From a virus (taxonomy: Duplodnaviria > Caudoviricetes): 64,000 nucleotides of DNA. Location of the stretch: the IMG/VR virus record IMGVR_UViG_3300029705_000009, one strand, 5' to 3'. The notes under the pieces were generated by a model. That model did not search any database. It was not told the origin of the DNA and worked only from the letters and a program-made list of their open reading frames with translations. Below are positions 1-7,658 of the stretch, in pieces; positions within the stretch are counted from its first letter, which is position 1; each line of letters begins with the position of its first letter. Position numbers and translations under genes: made by a program.

Positions 1-1
1 G

Positions 2-577
2 CAACCAAAAGTTTATATTGATTCTCCTCTTGCTATTTCTATTTTTAAAGATTATGAAGAAATTCTTGAAGGAGAAGAAAAAGAGCTGTTTGATGAGTTA
101 TTAAGATGGGACAAACTTATATTTGTCAAGGAATCCGAAGAAAGTAAAAGTTTAGTTTCCTCTAAAGAACCCTGTTTGATAATTTCAACTAGCGGAATGT
201 GCCAAGTTGGAAGGGTTAGACATCACTTAAAGGAATTAATTCCAAATCCTAATGCAACTGTTTTGTTTGTAGGATTCTCATCTGAAGGTAGTTTGGCAAG
301 CTTGTTGCGAGACATTAAAACTAAGTCTGTAACGATTGATCAGAAAGAATATAAATGTAGGTGTGCATCATATTCTTTAAAAAGTATGAGTGGACACGCT
401 CCTTTTGCACAGCTTTTAAGCTACTACTCTTCTATTAATTGTAATAAAATCATTTTACATCATGGAAGTAATGGTGCAAAAGAAACTTTAGCAAAAGAAT
501 TAAAAAAGGAATTAGAAAAACAATGCAAAACAACTAGGGTTATCATTGCAAATTCTAGTTTGAAATTTGGACTATAA
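2..577 (+). CDS. MBL-fold beta-CASP ribonuclease-like protein, C-terminal part (5' truncated by window)
   Basis: Frame is open from base 2 (QPKVYIDSPLA...). Beta-CASP/RMMBL motifs: IISTSGM..GR, VLFVGF..EGSL, SGHA, IILHHG. Confidence 0.8.
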   Translation, partial: QPKVYIDSPLAISIFKDYEEILEGEEKELFDELLRWDKLIFVKESEESKSLVSSKEPCLIISTSGMCQVGRVRHHLKELIPNPNATVLFVGFSSEGSLASLLRDIKTKSVTIDQKEYKCRCASYSLKSMSGHAPFAQLLSYYSSINCNKIILHHGSNGAKETLAKELKKELEKQCKTTRVIIANSSLKFGL

Positions 578-608
578 ATGGTGACAGCCATATTGATTAT
601 GGTTTAAA

Positions 609-642
609 GGCACTCATGCGTTAATTCGTGTGGGTGTCTTTT
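609..642 (+). terminator. Intrinsic terminator
   Basis: 12-bp stem GGCACTCATGCG/CGTGTGGGTGTC (with G-U pairs) followed by TTTT. Confidence 0.6.
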
Positions 643-688
643 AATATATACCGAAAGGTAAATAAGGATTATAAGGAGAACAACAAAA

Positions 689-1309
689 ATGGAAATTTTG
701 TTACCAGGCATTTTAGAAAATGCTCAAAATGATAAATATTTATCTCCAGAAGAATATACTTACTGGAAAGCAAGAGAAAATAGAACTTTCTATATTGATT
801 ATGAAATTGATGATATGTATAACCTAGTAGAATTAGGAAAGATCATCGTTCAGTTGAATATGGAAGAAAAAGATATTCCAAAAGAGGATTTGAAGCCTAT
901 TTATTTATGGGTGCATTCTTACGGTGGAGATATAGAACAGGCAAATTGGTTCTGTGATTTGTGTATTAGTTCCAGAATTCCTATTATTACAATTGCAATG
1001 GGTGCTGCAATGTCTGCAGGATTTTTGATTGTTTTATCTGGACATAAGCGTTTTGCATTTAAACATAGTCAGCTTCTCGTTCACACTGGCAGTGGAACTT
1101 TAACCGGTACTGCAGAACAAATTGAAGAAGCACAGAAAAATTACAAAAAGCAAATCAATGAAATGAAAGAATATATTCTATCTCGCACTTCTATTGATGA
1201 AAAAGTATTTAATAAGAACAAAACAAAAGATTGGTATTTAACAGCCGAGGAATTGATTAAATATAATGTTGTTGACAAATTAATTGATAGTTTGGATGAT
1301 ATTTTTTAA
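689..1309 (+). CDS. clpP: ClpP-like (peptidase S14) protease
   Basis: HSYGGD, AAMSAG (catalytic Ser), KRFAFKHSQLLVH (His) and KDWYLTAEE...VVD motifs; AAGGAG RBS. Confidence 0.85.
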   Translation: MEILLPGILENAQNDKYLSPEEYTYWKARENRTFYIDYEIDDMYNLVELGKIIVQLNMEEKDIPKEDLKPIYLWVHSYGGDIEQANWFCDLCISSRIPIITIAMGAAMSAGFLIVLSGHKRFAFKHSQLLVHTGSGTLTGTAEQIEEAQKNYKKQINEMKEYILSRTSIDEKVFNKNKTKDWYLTAEELIKYNVVDKLIDSLDDIF

Positions 1310-1340
1310 ATTGCCGAGTGCGTATATTTCCACATATATC

Positions 1341-1369
1341 ATACTACCATACTGTCTATAACGTGTCAA
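1341..1369 (-). promoter_or_regulatory. sigma-A-like promoter pointing antisense into the clpP-like gene
   Basis: Minus strand reads TTGACA-N17-TAGTAT with an extended -10 TG. Confidence 0.5.
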
Positions 1370-1416
1370 CAAAAATGATGAAATAAAATTTTTAGGATTA
1401 AAAGGAGAAAAATAAA

Positions 1417-1656
1417 ATGATGGAAGTAAAGAAAACAACTAAGTATGACGGAAAACTTAAAGGTGTACGTATTGTAAATAATAACATTGTCGATGCTGAC
1501 GGAGAAATTATTGATTTAGTATCTGTGTTGTCTAAGGTGTACGGAGATAATGTTTTTGATTTAAGTACTACCTGCAAGGAAGAGGAAATCATTGACGTTG
1601 ATGATGCTGAAGAAGCTATTATTGGCGAAGATGGAGATATTATTTACGAAGACTAA
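1417..1656 (+). CDS. Small acidic protein, YonK-like
   Basis: Strong RBS; size and position before a metallophosphoesterase match SPbeta-like yonK-yonJ synteny. Confidence 0.5.
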   Translation: MMEVKKTTKYDGKLKGVRIVNNNIVDADGEIIDLVSVLSKVYGDNVFDLSTTCKEEEIIDVDDAEEAIIGEDGDIIYED

Positions 1657-1661
1657 TAAGT

Positions 1662-1686
1662 AGAGAGTGCTTTTGCACTCTCTTTT
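1662..1686 (+). terminator. Intrinsic terminator
   Basis: AGAGAGTGC-TTTT-GCACTCTCT followed by TTT. Confidence 0.55.
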
Positions 1687-1707
1687 CTATTAAGGAGAAT
1701 AAGGATA

Positions 1708-2928
1708 ATGTTTGATATAGAAAATACCCTTGCCGAGTATGGTCTTACACCGGAAAGGTACGAGGATTTATTAAAAGACTGCTCTGACAAGGTGCATCGT
1801 ATAATTGATATGGATTGGTCAGAGATTGCAGAAAAATACGGAATTGATTTTAATCCAGACACATTAAGAAAAGGAAGTCAACCTCCTCTTATAGGCGGTG
1901 CTTTTATAAAAGAATATTATCAGCAGAAGTTTGAAAAAGAAAAACATAAAAATGATGATTGTTATTCTGGCGAAATAATGGCTATGAAACGTGAATTAGA
2001 ACGTGCAAAAATTCAGTTCAGAGATGAAAGAACTGCATGGCAGAAACAGAATTATCTTGCCGCTAGAGCTGAAAATAAATTGGACTTACTTGAAGATAGA
2101 TTGTCTGAAATCGGTAAAATTAATTTTTCTAGTCACGAAGAAGTAAACGTTGTTGGCGATACTGACTTACTTGTTATTTTGTCTGATTTACATATTGGTC
2201 AATGCTTCTCTTCTATTTGGGGAGAATATAATTCTACAATTGCCGAAAAGAGATTAAATCAGCTTTTACATGAAGTAGTAAAGATTGGTCGTAGACATAA
2301 TTCTGAGAAGGTCTATGTGTCTATTCAAGGTGATCTTATTTCGGGATCCATTCACAAAGCTTTAGCAATTACCAATAGGGAAAATGTAATTGAGCAAATT
2401 AAGCTCGCCTCAGAATTAATTACTTCATTTTGTTATGAACTTAGTAAATATTTTAATAAGGTTTTAATAAGTAATGTATCTGGTAACCATTCTAGAATTG
2501 ATAAGAAAGAAGATGCACTGCATGATGAGAGACTTGATGATCTTATCTCATGGATTGTAGAAAGTTCATTAAAACATATTGATAACGTTACAGTGTTGCA
2601 CAGAAATTTAGACAATGGTATTTCTGATATGAATATTCGTGGAAAATCGTATGTGGCGGTGCATGGTGATTACGATACGTTTACAAAGTCCGGTGTTGCT
2701 AATTTAGTACTCATGCTAGGATTTGCGCCGTATGCAGTGACGTTTGGCCACATGCACACTTGTGCCGTTGATGAATGTAATGGAATTAAAATGATTCGTG
2801 GTGGATCACTTGCTGGTTCTGGAGATTCTTATACCATTGAAAAAAGATTAAGTGGCAAGCCAAGTCAGATGGTGTGCGTATGTTCAGATAATGGTGTAGA
2901 AGCTTATTATACGGTTGAGTTAAATTGA
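1708..2928 (+). CDS. Calcineurin-like metallophosphoesterase (YonJ-like)
   Basis: SDLHIG, GDLI, GNH, HGD and GHMH motifs; N-terminal coiled coil. Confidence 0.85.
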   Translation: MFDIENTLAEYGLTPERYEDLLKDCSDKVHRIIDMDWSEIAEKYGIDFNPDTLRKGSQPPLIGGAFIKEYYQQKFEKEKHKNDDCYSGEIMAMKRELERAKIQFRDERTAWQKQNYLAARAENKLDLLEDRLSEIGKINFSSHEEVNVVGDTDLLVILSDLHIGQCFSSIWGEYNSTIAEKRLNQLLHEVVKIGRRHNSEKVYVSIQGDLISGSIHKALAITNRENVIEQIKLASELITSFCYELSKYFNKVLISNVSGNHSRIDKKEDALHDERLDDLISWIVESSLKHIDNVTVLHRNLDNGISDMNIRGKSYVAVHGDYDTFTKSGVANLVLMLGFAPYAVTFGHMHTCAVDECNGIKMIRGGSLAGSGDSYTIEKRLSGKPSQMVCVCSDNGVEAYYTVELN

Positions 2929-3016
2929 TAACAAATACGTACATTGACGGGTGCGATGTACATTGCATATCAGGAGAGGTTTCTGTCCTCTCCTACTTCT
3001 TTGGAGGAAAAGGATA

Positions 3017-3679
3017 GTGAAGAGATTATATATTGATGATTATACAGATATTGTAGAACTGATGTATGAGAAGGTTTGTGGAAGTTGTGAAGAAGCAACT
3101 TTTATTGGTCTTTATGAAGATGCAGTAGAGATTCTTAAACAGCTTGTTATATTAGACGAAACAGACATTCATCAGGTGTCTATTGTACCAGAAGATTGGG
3201 ACGGATATGACAAAGAATATATTGTTACATTGGATAATTCATTTGATATCTGGTGTGAAAAATTATACAGATGTGAAACTGAATCTTATATTAGAGGTTT
3301 AGCAGGTTGCGTTATTATTGCAGATGATTGCAATAGAGATGCTATTCGTGAACCGGAGACTGATGATATTTACATTGCTTCTTTTGGTGATGTTGATGCG
3401 TTATTTGAAGAAGATGAATGTGAATGTAATGGAAACTGCGAATGTTGTGCACATTATGGTATGACCGAGTCTAATGAAGAAGACGAGGAACTTTTGACTG
3501 ATTCAAGAAGTGAGTCTTTTAATGTATCTCGCACAAAAGACGGTAGAATTGCTGGATTTACTAAAAGTTGGAGTGATACTGCAGCTGATGGAACCATTTC
3601 TTATAGTAGTTACAGTTATTATGGAAGTAACGAAGATATTGTAAAGAAGCTTGCAAAAGAGTTTAGAATTGATATTTAA
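3017..3679 (+). CDS. Hypothetical acidic protein with a Cys cluster
   Basis: GTG start at 3017 after GGAGG/AAGGA; CECNGNCECC motif. Confidence 0.6.
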   Translation: MKRLYIDDYTDIVELMYEKVCGSCEEATFIGLYEDAVEILKQLVILDETDIHQVSIVPEDWDGYDKEYIVTLDNSFDIWCEKLYRCETESYIRGLAGCVIIADDCNRDAIREPETDDIYIASFGDVDALFEEDECECNGNCECCAHYGMTESNEEDEELLTDSRSESFNVSRTKDGRIAGFTKSWSDTAADGTISYSSYSYYGSNEDIVKKLAKEFRIDI

Positions 3680-3704
3680 AGGACTCTTGCTGTCACAAGA
3701 GCCC
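3678..3704 (-). terminator. Terminator for the minus-strand small-protein transcript
   Basis: Minus strand GGGCTCTTG-TGACAG-CAAGAGTCC-TTT. Confidence 0.5.
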
Positions 3705-3742
3705 CGTAATTAAAGGAGAAAAAGGACAAATGACTGGATTTT

Positions 3743-3886
3743 TTATCTGAATTTCATGTTGAGTTCAAATTTGATGATGCCTAATTTGACTGAGAATTCA
3801 GATAAATTAATTTTGCCCGTTGCCATACTGGCAAGCTCGGCGGTCAGCGCAAAAGCGCAAAATACTAAAAACTCATAATCCATCAT
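3743..3886 (-). CDS. 47-aa small hydrophobic protein (type I toxin-like), not in ORF track
   Basis: MMDYEFLVFCAFALTAELASMATGKINLSEFSVKLGIIKFELNMKFR*; AAAGGAG RBS, its own promoter and its own terminator. Confidence 0.6.
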   Translation of the reverse strand: MMDYEFLVFCAFALTAELASMATGKINLSEFSVKLGIIKFELNMKFR

Positions 3887-3933
3887 TTTCTCCTTTCGTA
3901 TTTTACACATGTGCGTGCCCATGTGTTGGTTAT

Positions 3934-3961
3934 ATTATAACAAAATATTGAAAATTGTAAA
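3934..3961 (-). promoter_or_regulatory. sigma-A-like promoter for the 47-aa ORF
   Basis: Minus strand TTTACA-N16-TATAAT with an extended TGn. Confidence 0.55.
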
Positions 3962-3999
3962 GATATGGAGAGTGGATAACTACTCTCCTATTATTATGT

Positions 4000-4082
4000 G
4001 CTGGTGTCGCATAGTGGCCGAGTGCACCGGATTTGTAACCCGGTTTCGAAAGAACGCGTGAGTCCGAATCTCACCACCAGCT
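4000..4082 (+). tRNA. tRNA-Thr(UGU) with long variable arm, atypical
   Basis: Acceptor GCTGGTG/CACCAGC; D-arm GCA/TGC; anticodon arm CCGGA-TTTGTAA-CCCGG; variable hairpin TTC-GAAA-GAA; T-arm GTGAG-TCCGAAT-CTCAC; no encoded CCA. Confidence 0.75.
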
Positions 4083-4088
4083 TAAAAT

Positions 4089-4188
4089 GCAGTAGACAAA
4101 TCGGAGTAGCTACCGATTTGATGTGGTGCTAACCTCCCACTTCTACTGCTATTTTTATATGTTTTTGAGGTTAGAGGAACGAGGTTAG
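4089..4188 (+). ncRNA. Three-way-junction structured leader RNA with loop complementary to the downstream RBS
   Basis: Stems GCAGTAGA/TCTACTGC, CAAATCGG/CCGATTTG and GTGG/CCAC; loop CTAACCTC (4129-4136) is complementary to GAGGTTAG at 4167-4174 and 4181-4188. Confidence 0.55.
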
Positions 4189-4192
4189 AAAT

Positions 4193-4726
4193 ATGAAAAT
4201 GGGAAAATATTTATGCGAATACGCTCCCGATCATCCAAGAAGCACAAAAGAAGGATATGTTTACTCTCATGTGCTTGTTGCAGAAAGAATGTTGGGAAGA
4301 AATTTAAAATCAACAGAATGTGTTCACCACATAGATGAAAATAAAAATAACAACTCGCCAGAAAATATAATGGTTTTTAAAACAAAAGCGGATCATTCTG
4401 CTTTTCATCATGGATGTGACATAAAAAAAGAAGGAGATGTTTATATCTCTCTTCCTCATAAAGACTCTATATGCCCTTTATGTGGAAAGCGTAAAGATTT
4501 TAAAGCAAACGTGTGTAAAGAATGTCATATAAAAAATACATATACGGCAGAAAGACCGGATAGAACAATTTTAAAAAACATGATATATAATATACCATTT
4601 TTAAGAATTGGAGAAATGTTTGGTGTATCTGATAACGCAGTTCGTAAATGGTGCAATGCATACAACTTGCCTAATAAGAAATCAATTATAAGTTCTTATT
4701 CTGAAGAAGAATGGGAACTTATTTAA
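4193..4726 (+). CDS. Free-standing HNH endonuclease (HNH_3-like) with zinc ribbon and HTH
   Basis: GYVYSHVLVAE..LGR...VHHIDENKNNNSPENI; CPLCG..C..C; C-terminal IGEMFGVSDNAVRKW HTH. Confidence 0.85.
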   Translation: MKMGKYLCEYAPDHPRSTKEGYVYSHVLVAERMLGRNLKSTECVHHIDENKNNNSPENIMVFKTKADHSAFHHGCDIKKEGDVYISLPHKDSICPLCGKRKDFKANVCKECHIKNTYTAERPDRTILKNMIYNIPFLRIGEMFGVSDNAVRKWCNAYNLPNKKSIISSYSEEEWELI

Positions 4727-4771
4727 TTTGTATAAAAGTATATAAAATGATTAAAAGGAGGAAGCTTATAG

Positions 4772-5821
4772 ATGGCTTATTTGAAACAAGCTCGCTCTGA
4801 GACTGAAATTAAATCAGCCACCGTGAGCAAAGTAAAACAATATTATAACGAGTTGGCTCGTGATTACACAAAAATAATCGAACAGGATTATATTCTTTGT
4901 CCGAAATGCGGAGAATTTGTAAGTAGGGATAATTTTTATTCATCAAATGAATATGCTATTGGAGTTTTTCCAGAATGTAAAAAATGTATACTTGCAGAGG
5001 TTGAGCAGCGTGACAAGAAGAATGATAAACCAAACGAAACAAAAGAGTCTGTTAAACGCATGTTGCAGAAAATGAATCTTCCATATATTGATGATTTGTA
5101 TGAATCAGCGTGTAAAACTGTGGCAGATGAAGTGAATGAGAAAAATAGAAAAGCTCCTTTCTTGGCATATTTGGTGCCTTTAAAATCACTTCCTCAATAT
5201 AAAAACAGAACATGGGCTGATTCTGAATTTGAATTGGGCGTTGTTACTGAGGAAGAAGAAACCAAAATTAACGCTAAAACTATTAAAAATGGTAAAAAGC
5301 GTTTTGGCAATTACGCTCCAGAAGATTTGATGTTTCTTGAAAATGAATATCAAGATTGGATTACTAGATATGAATGTAATACTAAGGCACAAGAATCTAT
5401 TTTTGAGCGATTAAGTTTTAAGAAGTGGGAAATTAATAAAGCAACCAAGAGTGGCTTACCAACAAAAGATTTGGATAAAACTTATCAAGAATTGCTTGCT
5501 ACTGCGAATATTCAGCCACGTCAGTCTGGAATGGATTCTATGGCAGAAGCTCAAACGCTAGGAACTTTAATTCAAAAATATGAAGAAACAAGACCTTTGC
5601 CAGAAATAGATCCTGAATTAGAGGATGTCGATAGAATTGGTTTATATATTGATAGCTTTTATAGGGGTCATGCATGTAAAATGTTGGGCATTAAAAATAC
5701 ATTTACAAATTTATATGAAAAGGTCATGTCAAAATACACTGTTAAGCCTCCAGAGTATGATGACGAATCTGACAGTGAAATATTATTTGATAAAATATTT
5801 GGTTCTGTGGAAGACGCATAG
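4772..5821 (+). CDS. Putative terminase small subunit (YonG-like)
   Basis: Immediately upstream of TerL; N-terminal CxxC...CxxC; SPbeta-like synteny. Confidence 0.6.
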   Translation: MAYLKQARSETEIKSATVSKVKQYYNELARDYTKIIEQDYILCPKCGEFVSRDNFYSSNEYAIGVFPECKKCILAEVEQRDKKNDKPNETKESVKRMLQKMNLPYIDDLYESACKTVADEVNEKNRKAPFLAYLVPLKSLPQYKNRTWADSEFELGVVTEEEETKINAKTIKNGKKRFGNYAPEDLMFLENEYQDWITRYECNTKAQESIFERLSFKKWEINKATKSGLPTKDLDKTYQELLATANIQPRQSGMDSMAEAQTLGTLIQKYEETRPLPEIDPELEDVDRIGLYIDSFYRGHACKMLGIKNTFTNLYEKVMSKYTVKPPEYDDESDSEILFDKIFGSVEDA

Positions 5822-5829
5822 GTGTAATT

Positions 5830-7602
5830 ATGGCTTCTACAAAGAAAAAAACAGTTCAAGAGGTTTATAAAGAAAAATCAGAACGATTAATGGACGGTGT
5901 CGCTTATTGGGCATCTTTTTATCGTAAGAATCCGCAACGTTTTGTAAAAGAGTATTTAAATATTAGATTAAAATTATTCCAAAAGATTTTAATTTATATG
6001 ATGATGGTCAGTACAAACTTTATGTACATAGCGTCAAGAGGTTCCGGAAAAACTTGGTTAACTAGTTTATATTGTGTGGTACGATGTATTCTCTATCCGG
6101 GAAGTAAGATTTGTATAGCATCATCTGTAAAGGAACAAAGTTTGGAATGTATTACTAAAATCGTCGAAGATTTTATGAAAAATTATGGATGGGGATCAAG
6201 TAATCTTCGTGCAGAGATTGATAGCTATTCGACTAGTATTAATGGTGCATATGTAACTTTTAGAAATGGTAGCTGGATTAAGTGTGTTGTTGCTGGAGAT
6301 TCGGCACGTCACAACCGAGCTAACATTATAGTTGTGGACGAATTTAGAATGGTTAATCTTAATGTTATTAATACAGTATTAAGAAAATTCTTAACCGCTC
6401 CACGCACTCCTGGATATTTAGATAATCCAGAATATGCACATTTAGCAGAAAGAAACTGTGAAATGTATATGTCATCTGCTTGGTTTAAAAGCCATTGGAG
6501 TTATGACAAGTTAAAAGCTTATTTTGCTAATATGCTTGATGATACTAAGAGATACTTCTGCTGTGGTCTCCCATATCAGCTTGCAATCAAAGAGGGACTT
6601 CTTTCTAGAGAACAGGTTGAAGATGAAATGTCTGAAGCAGATTTCGATCCTACTTCTTTTAAAATGGAGATGGGTGCTGAATGGTATGGAGATACTGATG
6701 GTGCCTTCTTTAAATATGATGATATTTCTACTCGCAGAAAAATTAAGACTGCATTTTATCCTTTATCGGTATATAGGAATCATAATATAAGAATACCGGA
6801 ATTGGCAACCAATGAAAAGAGAATTCTTTCTGTTGACGTTGCTTTATTAGCTTCGAAAAAACATAACAATGACGCTGCATGTTTGATTATAAATTCTGCT
6901 ATTCCAACTGAAACAAATGAATATCTTAGTAATATCGTTTATGTTGAAACACATGAAGGATTGACTACTGATGAACTTGGAATAATTGTTATGCGATTAT
7001 TTTATCAATACAACTGCACTCATTTAGCGCTTGATACAAATGGTCAAGGTATTGGTGTGTATGACTTTATTATAAAAGATCAATATGATCCTGAATACGG
7101 TGTTACATATGATGCGTTGACATGTATGAATGATCAGAACATGGCAGATAGATGTAAGGTGAAAAATGCAAATAAAGTTGTGTGGTCAATTAAGGCAAAT
7201 GCAGATTTTAATACCAAAGCTGCTTTGGCGTTAAGAGCAGGTTTTCAAAATGGCAAGATTAATCTATTAATAACTGAATTTGACGCAGAAGAACTGATTA
7301 AAAAAATACGTGGTTTTTCTAAAATGTCCGGTGTTGAACAAGCAAAATTAAAAGTGCCTTATCTGCAAACATCGTTTATGGTAAATGAATTAATTAATTT
7401 AGACCATGAAGTTAAGGGTACAAATATAAAAATTAAAGAACGACCTGGAATGAGAAAGGATAGATTTTCAGCATTAGAATACAATTACATGCTTTGCCAA
7501 GAACTTATAATTAAAGAAAGACCCAAATCTCAAGTTAACAATCTTGCCTATATACTACCAATCAAACAAGCTAAGCGCAAATCATCTTTTTCCAAGATAT
7601 AA
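5830..7602 (+). CDS. terL: Terminase large subunit
   Basis: Walker A ASRGSGKT, Walker B IIVVDEF, motif III MSSA; RNase H-like SVDVA, ALDTNG and KDRFSA. Confidence 0.92.
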   Translation: MASTKKKTVQEVYKEKSERLMDGVAYWASFYRKNPQRFVKEYLNIRLKLFQKILIYMMMVSTNFMYIASRGSGKTWLTSLYCVVRCILYPGSKICIASSVKEQSLECITKIVEDFMKNYGWGSSNLRAEIDSYSTSINGAYVTFRNGSWIKCVVAGDSARHNRANIIVVDEFRMVNLNVINTVLRKFLTAPRTPGYLDNPEYAHLAERNCEMYMSSAWFKSHWSYDKLKAYFANMLDDTKRYFCCGLPYQLAIKEGLLSREQVEDEMSEADFDPTSFKMEMGAEWYGDTDGAFFKYDDISTRRKIKTAFYPLSVYRNHNIRIPELATNEKRILSVDVALLASKKHNNDAACLIINSAIPTETNEYLSNIVYVETHEGLTTDELGIIVMRLFYQYNCTHLALDTNGQGIGVYDFIIKDQYDPEYGVTYDALTCMNDQNMADRCKVKNANKVVWSIKANADFNTKAALALRAGFQNGKINLLITEFDAEELIKKIRGFSKMSGVEQAKLKVPYLQTSFMVNELINLDHEVKGTNIKIKERPGMRKDRFSALEYNYMLCQELIIKERPKSQVNNLAYILPIKQAKRKSSFSKI

Positions 7603-7658
7603 ATCAAATAAATTCAAAATAAGTAAAGATATAAAACATAATAAATTAAAAAGGAGGT

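Noticed and set aside
4026-4045. tRNA-Tyr(GUA) assignment suggested by the long variable arm
   Set aside because: Stem symmetry centres the loop on TGT, and the acceptor stem is Thr-like. Kept only as a possibility to test.
4083-4150. HDV-like (theta) ribozyme at the tRNA 3' end
   Set aside because: It folds as a simple three-way junction; no nested double pseudoknot found.
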